Assembly (NCBI GenBank): GCA_965203485.1
Contig: OZ241892.1
Coordinates: 704,001 to 768,000 of the forward strand
Direction of reading: 5' to 3'
DNA length: 64,000 nucleotides
Source: Longimicrobiales bacterium
Lineage (GTDB): Bacteria; Gemmatimonadota; Gemmatimonadetes; Longimicrobiales; Gaopeijiaceae
The notes beneath the pieces are model-generated. The model saw nothing but the letters and a program-made list of their open reading frames with translations, made no database searches and had not been told where the DNA came from. Shown here piece by piece: positions 1 through 8,109 of this stretch. A program made the translations under genes and the position numbers. Positions within the stretch are counted from its first letter, which is position 1. The number at the start of each line of letters is the position of its first letter.

Positions 1-195
1 TCGCTCGCGGTCAAGGCCATGTTCGGCGAAATGGGCGCCACGCTCCTCCTCCAGGGCGCGCGCGTGCTGCCCGAAGCCGCGCAGGAGAGCGGGTTTCGCT
101 TCGCCTACGAAGGAGTGGACGAGTCGCTCGGCTTTCAACTGGGGCGGCCATCCGGTCAGCCGGGGTCGTCCACGGGCCCCGCGGGGAGTTCCTGA
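1..195 (+). CDS. C-terminal part of a TIGR01777/YfcH-family epimerase-like protein (DUF1731 region), 5'-truncated by the window edge
   Basis: Frame 1 translates to SLAVKAMFGEMGATLLLQGARVLPEAAQESGFRFAYEGVDESLGFQLGR..., stop TGA at 193-195; resembles the family C-terminus (GEM..LLL.GARV.P......GF.F). Confidence 0.75.
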   Translation, partial: SLAVKAMFGEMGATLLLQGARVLPEAAQESGFRFAYEGVDESLGFQLGRPSGQPGSSTGPAGSS

Positions 196-196
196 C

Positions 197-799
197 GTGG
201 CCCTGCGCGCCGCCGATCTGTCGCCCGATCCCGTCGAGCAGTTCGAGCGTTGGTTCGCCGAGGCGAAGGCCGACGCCCGCATCGCGTGGGCCGAGGCCGC
301 CTGCCTGTCCACGCTGGGGCCCGGCGGCACGCCCGAAGGCCGCATGGTGCTGATGAAGGGGTTCGGGTCCGCGGGATTCGTCTTCTACACGAACGCCGAG
401 TCGCGCAAGGGCCGCTCGCTGTCGGCGCACCCCCGGGCGGGCATGACCTTCTACTGGGAGCCGCTGGGGCGCCAAGTGCGAGTGCGCGGGCCGGTGGAGT
501 CCGTGCGGTCCGCCGACGCGGACGCCTACTTCGCCTCGCGTTCCCGGGAAAGCCAAGTCGGGGCTTGGGCGTCGGACCAGAGCGCGGAGCTGTCTTCGCG
601 GGCCGATTTGGCAAGGCGGGTGAGAGAGGCCGGCGCGCGGTTCTCCGGAGCGCCCGTCCCGCGACCGCCGCACTGGAGCGGCTTCCGCATCGTCCCGAAC
701 GCAATCGAGTTCTGGCAGGAAGGCGCGGCCCGCCTGCACGACCGCTTCGAATATGCCCGCTCCGGCGGAACCTGGACGCGCGCGCGGCTTCATCCCTAA
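197..799 (+). CDS. pdxH: pyridoxamine 5'-phosphate oxidase
   Basis: Motifs DPVEQFERWF, RMVLMK, GFVFYTN..SRKG, RQVRVRG, YF.SR.RESQ.GAWASDQS, PPHWSGFR, IEFWQ....RLHDR. Confidence 0.95.
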   Translation: MALRAADLSPDPVEQFERWFAEAKADARIAWAEAACLSTLGPGGTPEGRMVLMKGFGSAGFVFYTNAESRKGRSLSAHPRAGMTFYWEPLGRQVRVRGPVESVRSADADAYFASRSRESQVGAWASDQSAELSSRADLARRVREAGARFSGAPVPRPPHWSGFRIVPNAIEFWQEGAARLHDRFEYARSGGTWTRARLHP

Positions 800-2730
800 G
801 CTCCTAAGCCGGACTGGCCGCGAGCCCCGGCCCGGTCCGCCCCAGCCGCAGCCTCCGCCCGCTCCAGCTCGTCCCACTCGGCGGCGAGTCCCTCGACTTC
901 GGCGGCGAGCGCCGCGCGTTCCGCTTCCAGGCTCCGAGCCTCGCCGCGCGCAGCCTCCGCGAAGAAGCCCGGCCGGGCGAAGACGGCGTCGATCTCGGAC
1001 ACCCTCGCTTCCGCGGCTTCCATGCGGGCGAGAATGCCTTCTTGCCGGGCTTCGGCCGCTCGTTGCGGGCGCCGCCGCGCGCGCTTGCCCTCGCGCCGCC
1101 GCCGCCCCTGCGAAAGCGCCGCAGCGGAGTCCAAGCGGTCGTCGCCGCAGTAGTGCACGTAGTCGCCGTACGATCCCCGGAAGTCGCGCACCCGCTCCGC
1201 GGATATCTCCACGATCCGGTCGGCGAGCCGGCTCACGAGCCAGCGGTCGTGGGAGACGAACACCAACGTGCCGTCGTACGAGCGCAGTCCCTCGACCAGC
1301 GCCTCGATCGATTCCAGGTCCAGGTGGTTCGTCGGCTCGTCCAGGAGCAGCACGTTGGGCCGCTGCATCGCCAAGCGGCAGAACACGAGGCGGGCGGCTT
1401 CGCCTCCCGACAGGTCGCCGACCCGCTTGGCCGCGTCGTCGCCGGTGAAGAGCGCCCGGCCCATTTGGCCGCGCGCGTCGCCGGCGCCCCGTCCGCCGCA
1501 GCCTTCCTCCACCCACGCCTCGGCGGACTGATTCGGGGCGTCGAAATGGCGGGCGTGGTCCTGGGCGAAGTAGCCGGGTTGCGCCTGGTGTCCCCATTCG
1601 ACCGAGCCGCTGTCCGCGCGCAGGTCGCCGGCGAGGATCTTCAGCAGGGTCGACTTGCCGATTCCGTTGGGTCCCAGAATCGCCAGGCGGTCTCCGCGGT
1701 TCACGCGCAGGGACACGTCCGAAAGGACTTGGTTCGCCCCGTACGACTTCGAGACGCCGTTCACCTTCAGCGCTTCGCGACCGCAGGGACGCGCCTGCTC
1801 GAAGCGAAAGACGGGATAGCGGCGCGAGCTTCGAGGCAGTTCCTCGAGCCCTTCGGATCGCTTCTCGATGAGGCGAAGCTTGCTCTGCGCTTGGCGCGCT
1901 TTGGTCGCCTTGGCGCGAAACCGGTCCACGAACTGCTGGTGGCGGGCGATTTCGCGGTGGCGGCTTGCAATCTCCTTTTCGCGGCGTTCCCGCTCGGCCT
2001 TCTTGGCCTTGGCGAAGCGCGCGTAGTTGCCCGGGTACGCGAGCACCGTCTCGTAGTCGACGTCGAGCACGTGGGTGGCCACGTTGTCGAGGAAGCGGTG
2101 GTCGTGGCTGACGACGACGACCGGGCCGGCAAACCCCTGGAGGAACTTCTCCAGCCAGCGAATCGACAGCACGTCCAAGTGGTTGGTGGGCTCGTCGAGC
2201 AACAGCGCGTCCGGGGCGCCGGCCAATACCTGGGCCAAGCACACGCGCAGCTTGTAGCCGCCCGAGAGCGTGGACAGCGGGCGGCCGTGCGTCTCGGCGG
2301 GAATCCCCAGCCCTTCGAGGATCGCGGCGGCGGCTGCCTCGGCCGCATACCCGTCGTGGCGCTGCACCGTCTCCTCGAGGCGCGAGAACTCGTCCGCGTC
2401 GAACTCGTCCGCGGGACCGGCGACCATGGCGTCCTTCGCGGCCATGGCCCGCCACAGCTCGTCGTTGCCCTTGAGCGCGACGCTCAGGATCGCGTCGGCG
2501 TCGTGCAGGAAGCGGCGTTGCCCAAGAACCCCGAGCCGCACGCGGCCCGGCATGGACACCGACCCGGCCGAGGGTTCGCAACGCCCGGCCAGGATGTCGA
2601 GCAGCGTGCTCTTGCCGCTGCCGTTGGCGCCGACCAAGCCGTACCGTCGTCCAGCGGCGAGCCGGAAGTTGGCGTCCGCGAACAGCGTGCGGTCGCCGAA
2701 GGACTTGGCCAAGCCCTGCGCGGAAATCAC
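796..2730 (-). CDS. ABC-F family ATP-binding protein (YbiT-like), two ABC domains, no membrane segments
   Basis: Walker A GANGSGKS and GPNGIGKS, two LSGG signatures, two LLLDEPTNHLD motifs, C-terminal coiled coil. Confidence 0.92.
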   Translation of the reverse strand: MISAQGLAKSFGDRTLFADANFRLAAGRRYGLVGANGSGKSTLLDILAGRCEPSAGSVSMPGRVRLGVLGQRRFLHDADAILSVALKGNDELWRAMAAKDAMVAGPADEFDADEFSRLEETVQRHDGYAAEAAAAAILEGLGIPAETHGRPLSTLSGGYKLRVCLAQVLAGAPDALLLDEPTNHLDVLSIRWLEKFLQGFAGPVVVVSHDHRFLDNVATHVLDVDYETVLAYPGNYARFAKAKKAERERREKEIASRHREIARHQQFVDRFRAKATKARQAQSKLRLIEKRSEGLEELPRSSRRYPVFRFEQARPCGREALKVNGVSKSYGANQVLSDVSLRVNRGDRLAILGPNGIGKSTLLKILAGDLRADSGSVEWGHQAQPGYFAQDHARHFDAPNQSAEAWVEEGCGGRGAGDARGQMGRALFTGDDAAKRVGDLSGGEAARLVFCRLAMQRPNVLLLDEPTNHLDLESIEALVEGLRSYDGTLVFVSHDRWLVSRLADRIVEISAERVRDFRGSYGDYVHYCGDDRLDSAAALSQGRRRREGKRARRRPQRAAEARQEGILARMEAAEARVSEIDAVFARPGFFAEAARGEARSLEAERAALAAEVEGLAAEWDELERAEAAAGADRAGARGQSGLGA

Positions 2731-2812
2731 GAGGCGGTCGGCGCCGCGGCCGGGCGGGAAGCCGGGGGCGCAACCGGGCAGGCGCCGCCGCCCGCCCGCA
2801 GCGCTTGCGGCC

Positions 2813-5800
2813 TCAAGGGCTCTCGCGGCCGGACGTCCGCCGCCCGGCCATGGCCGCGGCCGGCGTCTCGCCCAGGACCGTCTCCAGCTCGGCGGCGACG
2901 CGGGCGGCGTCGGACTGCGCGAACACCATGGGCGGCTTGATCTTCAGCACGTTGGCCTGCGGGCCGTCGGCGCTCATGAGGATGCCGCGCTCGCGCATGC
3001 GGTTCACGGCGTAGCGGCACGCTTCGGGGGAGGGCTCGCGCGCCCCGGGGCTCCGCACCAGCTCGACGCCCAGGAAGAGGCCCCGGCCCCGCACGTCTCC
3101 CACGAGCGGGCTGTCGATGCCGCGCAAACGGGTCGCGAAGAACTGGCCCACCCGCCGGGCGCGTTCCTGCAGTTCCCGGTCGCGGACCTCGGCGAGCACG
3201 GCCCGCGCCGCGGCGCAGGCCACGGGGTTGCCGCCGAACGTGTTGAAGTACTCCATCCCGTTCGCGAACGCATCCGCGATCTCGCGCTTGGTCACGACGG
3301 CGCCGACGGGGTGGCCGTTGCCCATCGGCTTGCCCAGCGTCACGATGTCGGGCGTCGTCTCTTGCAGCTCGAAGGCCCAGAACGCGTCGCCCACCCGCCC
3401 GAAGCCGGTCTGCACTTCGTCGGCGACGCACAGTCCGCCGGCCCGGCGCGCGTGGCCGCACGCGGCCCGGAGGAAGCCGGCCGGCGGCTCGATCTGGCCG
3501 CCGCATCCCAGCATGGCCTCGGCGATGAACGCCGCCACGCCCACGCCCGCGTCGTCCAGGCGCTCGGCCGCGTCCCGCACGCCCGCGGCGTAAGACCGGG
3601 CGAGCGCGCCGTCGTCCGCGTCCGCGGTCCGCCGGTGCAGTCCCCGGTACGGGTCGGGCATCGGCGCGACCGTCACTTGCGGGCTTCTCCCGCCGCCGCC
3701 GGGCCCGTCGAACTTGTACGGGCTGACGTCGACGAGTCCGCCCGTGTTGCCGTGGTAGGCGCCCTCCAGCACGACGACGCCTTCGCGCCCGGTGTAGTGG
3801 CGGGCAAGGCGCAGCGCCAGCTCGTTGGCCTCGCTCCCCGAGCAGACCAGGAAGACGGTGTCCAGTCCCGGCGGGAAGCGGGCCGCAAGCTCGTCCGCGA
3901 GCGCCACGATCTCTTCGTGCAGGTAGCGCGTGTTGGTGTTCAGGACGCGGGCCTGCCGGGCGATGGCGCGGGCGACGCGGCGGTTGGAGTGGCCTACGTG
4001 GGCGACGTTGTTCACTACGTCCAGGTACCGCCGCCCGGCCGCGTCGAAGAGGTGCTGGCCGAGGCCGCGGACGGCATGGACGGGCCGGTCGTAGGAGAGA
4101 CTCAGGGACGGCGCCAGACGCCGGTCGCGGCCCGCCTTGATCCGGGCGGCCGTCTCGCGCGGCGGAGCGGCAGCGGCCAGCGATTCCCCGAACTCGGCGG
4201 GCAGGCCGGCCAGCGGCGCCGGATCCGGCAGCACGGAACCCCAGACCCGCCTGAGCCGGGCCTCGACGACTCCGGGAAAGTCGCCCTTGCGGGCAACGCG
4301 GGGCTGCCCGTCGTCATCGAGGGAATCCAGCGCGATCACCTGGAAGTGCAGGTGCGGAGGCCATCCGCCGTTGGCCGCCGGCGCTCCCAGCCAGCCCAGC
4401 ACGTCGCCTGCGCGCACGTTCTCGCCGGGCGCGCGCTTGGTGAGGGAAGCGCAGCTCAGGTGCCCGTACAGCGTGTGGAAGGCGGTTCCGCCGCTGGTCG
4501 CGTGGCGCACCACGACGGTGGGGCCGTAGTCGAGCCGTCCGGCGTTGTCCGCCACCGAGACCACGACGCCCGGCAACGGAGAGTGCACTGGCTCGCCCGC
4601 GGGCGCGAACAGGTCCAGCCCCATGTGCACGGTGCGGGCGCCGGGGCTGCCGGCGTCTTCGCCGGCGAAGGAGGGCGCGTCGTAGAGCAGCCGGGCCTCG
4701 CCGTAGCGCCCCACGCCGACGGTCGCGCCCCGCGCCGAGAGCTCGTCGGCGATCCACGCCTCCAAGGCGCCTTCGCGGGACAGGTCCTCGGGATGAGGCA
4801 GGTCGAGGCTCCCCACGGACAAGTCCAGCACGGCGGGCTTGGCCAAGCGGCCGGGGGCAAGAACGGGAGCCCGCGGGTCGCCGGTCCGCATCCACGAGAC
4901 GATGGCGGCCACGCTGGGGTTGGGGGCCAAGCCGCAGGCGTCGCGGACTCGAAATTCCGCCAGCCGCCAATCCGTCTCGGCGAGTCGCCGGAGCAGCTTG
5001 CGGGCGGGTTGCTGGCTGACCGCCAGGTATTCGTTGCCCGGCTGCTCGCGCATCTGGCGGGCCTGAATGCAGACCGAGAGGCACAACCGGAGCGCCGCCA
5101 GGGGCAGGAGAGCCCGGCACTCCGTGTCGTTGAGAGGAGCGACGGAAGCGTACCCGCCCGCGACGGCGCACGCCGCCTCCAGCGGATCGGCCGCGTCCAT
5201 CATGGCATAGGCCGCGGCGACCGCCGGGTCCGCGATCCTCCAGCCGCGGGCCGTGTCGCCGAAGTCGATCAGCCCCGCCAGCCGCAGACCGCGGGGCGTC
5301 GCCGAGACGATCACGTTGTGGTCGTTGGCGTCGTTGTGGACGACTCCGCGAGGTAGCTCGTCGGCGACTGCTTCGAGGCGGCCCGCCGCCCGGTGCGCGG
5401 TTTCCTCCACGATCCCGGCGAGCGGCGCCTCCAGTTCGCCGAAACGCTCCCGGACCAACGTGAGCGCCGACTCCAGCCTCCAGGGGAAGGGACGGTCCAA
5501 GCCGGGGTGCTCGAAGCCCTTCATCGCGGCGCGGAGTTCCGCCAAGAGGGTGCCCAGCTCCTCGAGCACGCCCATCGAACGCGGACGCGCCTTCGCCAGC
5601 GTCGCGCCCTCCACGAACGTGACCGCCAGCGCGACCCAGGAATCGCCGCCGGGACCGTCCACCACGTGCATCCGCGCACCGGAGTCGTCCGGCCCGTTCG
5701 CCGGGTTCCGCGCAAGCGCCTGAATGGGGACCAGAGCCGGTGTCCGCGCCCGGAGCGTTGCGCCCTCCAGGTGGGCCAAGCACGCCGCCAGCAGCTCGAA

Positions 5801-5956
5801 CGCGGGTCTCCGCCCGCCCGGCGCGAGCTTGAGGACCGCCGGTCCCTCCGGCCCGTCCACGCGGAAGTTGAAGTCGAACTCTCCCGGCAACCGCCGGGGA
5901 CTGCCGCCGAACAGATCGCGTGCGCGGGCCTCCGCCCAGCTCGCGTCGTCCGTCAC
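2813..5956 (-). CDS. fusion of APH-type kinase, M23 peptidase-like domain and class III aminotransferase (hydroxylysine kinase / phospho-lyase-like)
   Basis: Kinase motifs HNDANDHNVIV and IDFGD; M23 motifs HMGLD and PHLHFQ; class III motifs YLDVVNNVAHVGH, ADEVQTGFGR and DIVTLGKPMGNG. Confidence 0.88.
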   Translation of the reverse strand: MTDDASWAEARARDLFGGSPRRLPGEFDFNFRVDGPEGPAVLKLAPGGRRPAFELLAACLAHLEGATLRARTPALVPIQALARNPANGPDDSGARMHVVDGPGGDSWVALAVTFVEGATLAKARPRSMGVLEELGTLLAELRAAMKGFEHPGLDRPFPWRLESALTLVRERFGELEAPLAGIVEETAHRAAGRLEAVADELPRGVVHNDANDHNVIVSATPRGLRLAGLIDFGDTARGWRIADPAVAAAYAMMDAADPLEAACAVAGGYASVAPLNDTECRALLPLAALRLCLSVCIQARQMREQPGNEYLAVSQQPARKLLRRLAETDWRLAEFRVRDACGLAPNPSVAAIVSWMRTGDPRAPVLAPGRLAKPAVLDLSVGSLDLPHPEDLSREGALEAWIADELSARGATVGVGRYGEARLLYDAPSFAGEDAGSPGARTVHMGLDLFAPAGEPVHSPLPGVVVSVADNAGRLDYGPTVVVRHATSGGTAFHTLYGHLSCASLTKRAPGENVRAGDVLGWLGAPAANGGWPPHLHFQVIALDSLDDDGQPRVARKGDFPGVVEARLRRVWGSVLPDPAPLAGLPAEFGESLAAAAPPRETAARIKAGRDRRLAPSLSLSYDRPVHAVRGLGQHLFDAAGRRYLDVVNNVAHVGHSNRRVARAIARQARVLNTNTRYLHEEIVALADELAARFPPGLDTVFLVCSGSEANELALRLARHYTGREGVVVLEGAYHGNTGGLVDVSPYKFDGPGGGGRSPQVTVAPMPDPYRGLHRRTADADDGALARSYAAGVRDAAERLDDAGVGVAAFIAEAMLGCGGQIEPPAGFLRAACGHARRAGGLCVADEVQTGFGRVGDAFWAFELQETTPDIVTLGKPMGNGHPVGAVVTKREIADAFANGMEYFNTFGGNPVACAAARAVLAEVRDRELQERARRVGQFFATRLRGIDSPLVGDVRGRGLFLGVELVRSPGAREPSPEACRYAVNRMRERGILMSADGPQANVLKIKPPMVFAQSDAARVAAELETVLGETPAAAMAGRRTSGRESP

Positions 5957-5999
5957 GTCCGCCGGGCGGCCCGGCCGTCCATTCGGGCGGGGACCAGGA

Positions 6000-7148
6000 T
6001 CAGGCCGCGAAGATGTCCTTGAAGGCGGCGGCGAACCGGTCCATGTCCTCGTCCGTGCCCACCGACACGCGCAAGTGGTCGAGCATCGGTGGAAACGGAC
6101 GCCCGACCGCGATGCCGCGCCGGCGAAACTCGGCCCTGACCTGCGCCACGGGACGGCCCGTCCGCACCATGAAGAAGTTTGTCTCGGACGGAATGACGTG
6201 GTACCCCCACGACCGAAGCTGAGCCGTGGTGCGGTTGCGCGCGGCGATCGTGACCTCGCGAACGCGCGCTTCCGCGTCCTTGTCCTGCAGCGCGGCCGCC
6301 GCGCCCCACTTCACCAAGGCGTTGACGGTGCCCGTCGTGTACGTCGCGAGCCGCTGCAGCACGGCGGGGCGGGCAACCGCGAATCCAAGGCGCATCCCCG
6401 CCATCCCGTATATCTTCGAGAAGGTGCGGGCCACGATCACGTTGCCCCGTTCCCGCACCAAGGGCGCGACCGTCTCGTAGGACGGGTCGAGCACGAAGTG
6501 GTGGTAGGCTTCGTCCACCAGCACGGGCACGTCCTCCGGCACCGAATCGAGCAGCCGCGTCACGTCCCGCGACGGCACGACGCGTCCCGTCGGATTGTTC
6601 GGATTGCACAGGTACACGAAGCCCACGTCGCGGTAGTTGGCCTTGGCGGCCGCGATCATCGCCTCCACGTCCTGCGTCGCGTCCTCCAGCAGGGGCGCCT
6701 TGACCGCCTCGGCGTGGATGCCCGTGGCGTACGAGTAGACCGAGCCGTAGGAGGGGTCCGACCCGACCACCTTCTTGCCCGGCCCAAGGTAGGCGAGCCC
6801 GACGGCCGCGAGCACTTCCTCCGAGCCCGCGGTGAGCAGGACGTGGTCTTCGCCCACGCCCGCGTCCGCCGCCACGACCGCCCGCACGCCGGCGTCGGGA
6901 TAGCCGTATCGGTTGGCGTACTTCCAGGCATGGTTCATCGCGTCGAGGGCCGACTGCGACGGGCCGAACGGATTCTCGTTGGCCGAGAGCTTGACCAGCG
7001 CGTCGTAGTCCTGGCTCTGCTCGCGGGCGCGGGGGCGACGCGCGCAAGCTTCGCTGGCCGCCCACAGTCCCGGCGGGGCGAGCCCCACCGTGGCCGCCGC
7101 GGCCGCGCCTACGAAGAACCTGCGCCGAGACAGCGTCGTTGCGCCCAT
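6000..7148 (-). CDS. histidinol-phosphate aminotransferase-like (class I/II PLP) protein with a Tat signal peptide
   Basis: ATG at 7148 after an AAGGAG Shine-Dalgarno; MGATTLSRRRFF twin-arginine signal; LSANENPFGPS, YLCNPNNPTG, VDEAY and RTFSKIYGMAGMRLG motifs. Confidence 0.88.
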   Translation of the reverse strand: MGATTLSRRRFFVGAAAAATVGLAPPGLWAASEACARRPRAREQSQDYDALVKLSANENPFGPSQSALDAMNHAWKYANRYGYPDAGVRAVVAADAGVGEDHVLLTAGSEEVLAAVGLAYLGPGKKVVGSDPSYGSVYSYATGIHAEAVKAPLLEDATQDVEAMIAAAKANYRDVGFVYLCNPNNPTGRVVPSRDVTRLLDSVPEDVPVLVDEAYHHFVLDPSYETVAPLVRERGNVIVARTFSKIYGMAGMRLGFAVARPAVLQRLATYTTGTVNALVKWGAAAALQDKDAEARVREVTIAARNRTTAQLRSWGYHVIPSETNFFMVRTGRPVAQVRAEFRRRGIAVGRPFPPMLDHLRVSVGTDEDMDRFAAAFKDIFAA

Positions 7149-7329
7149 TCGTCCTGGTCTCCTTGCTTCTTCGCCCTGCGCGCCGACGCGGCGCAATGCG
7201 CGGCTGCCGACTCGCGTTCCACCGCCCAATCTAATGCACATGGGAGCGGGTCTCCAGAATTCGCGGAGCGTTCCGTACCGTAGCGGACGTTCGGCCGTCG
7301 CCGTCGGCCGAGCCCCCCCGGTCTTGCGG

Positions 7330-7550
7330 CCGTTCGGACGCTGGAGCCAGGGCGCCGGCGCCGGCCAGCGCTTCAACGCCGGCGCGCGCTTCTCGCTGCT
7401 CGGCCAGTCCGCGCCGGGCGCGCACTCGCACGCCACAGGCCACGCCGAGAGCCCGCGATTCATCCTCCACCTCTACGGCGAGCACGCCTCCTCGCCGCCC
7501 GAACCCCGCAACGCCGCCTCGGCCTAGCAGGCGCCATCCAGCTCAGGTAG
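7330..7550 (+). pseudogene. diverged, frameshifted remnant of the 3' end of the giant autotransporter gene
   Basis: Aligns by eye to 21646-21882 (PFGRWSQ.AGAGQRFNAGARFSLLGQS...RFILHLYGEHASSP...ggcgccatccagctcaggtag) with a short internal deletion and a 1-nt deletion near 7505. Confidence 0.85.
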
Positions 7551-7832
7551 AAGCCCCGGCACGGCCAGCTCGATTCGGTGGGCCGCTCGCCCGTCCGCGT
7601 CCAGCCCGGCTCCTGAATCGCCTCGCGCCGAGCGAGGCCTGGAGTTGCCACGGCATGGTGGACGTTGACCGAGCGGGGATATCCGTTATTCTTCTCGTAT
7701 CGTCGAGCGCGCCGCCGGTCGCCGCCGGACAGAGGGATGGTTGAGGGAGCCGAGAGCGAGATGAAACCCGAACCCTGGTTGCCTACGTCACGAAGCGCTC
7801 GGCCCCGGCAAGGGGCGAGCCACGTCAGGAAT

Positions 7833-7852
7833 CCCCCCCCCCCCCCCCCCCC
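7833..7852 (+). repeat. poly-C tract (C20) upstream of giant gene copy 1; candidate slippage/phase-variation site
   Basis: aat-C20-ttgcg read directly; the paralogous tract at 31029-31046 is C18. Confidence 0.85.
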
Positions 7853-7987
7853 TTGCGTTTGGCCAGTCGAAGCGTTCGGCTCCCACCCGATGGGGTAGGG
7901 AGGGCCGCGCGACCGGGGCGCGCCCGGCCTGGCGTCCACGAGCGCCGGCTCCCGACCCGCCGCTTCACGTCCGCGTAGCGCGGCTGG

Positions 7988-8015
7988 TTGACCAAGGTGC
8001 CTTTGTTTTTATCTT
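7988..8015 (+). promoter_or_regulatory. putative sigma70-type promoter of giant gene copy 1
   Basis: TTGACC-16 nt-TATCTT in an AT-rich patch about 95 nt upstream of ATG 8110. Confidence 0.5.
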
Positions 8016-8109
8016 TCCCCCGTTCGTCGCGTGCGGCAAGTCTTCACGTTCCTGGCCGGACACCGTGGATTTGTGCTTGCCGTCATCTTCTTCTCGAATG
8101 AGGCAGAGC

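Noticed and set aside
11..6480. Numerous long overlapping Arg/Pro-rich ORFs opposite or out of frame with the called genes (also around 47600-56500)
   Set aside because: High-GC shadow ORFs overlapping genes that have clear family motifs.
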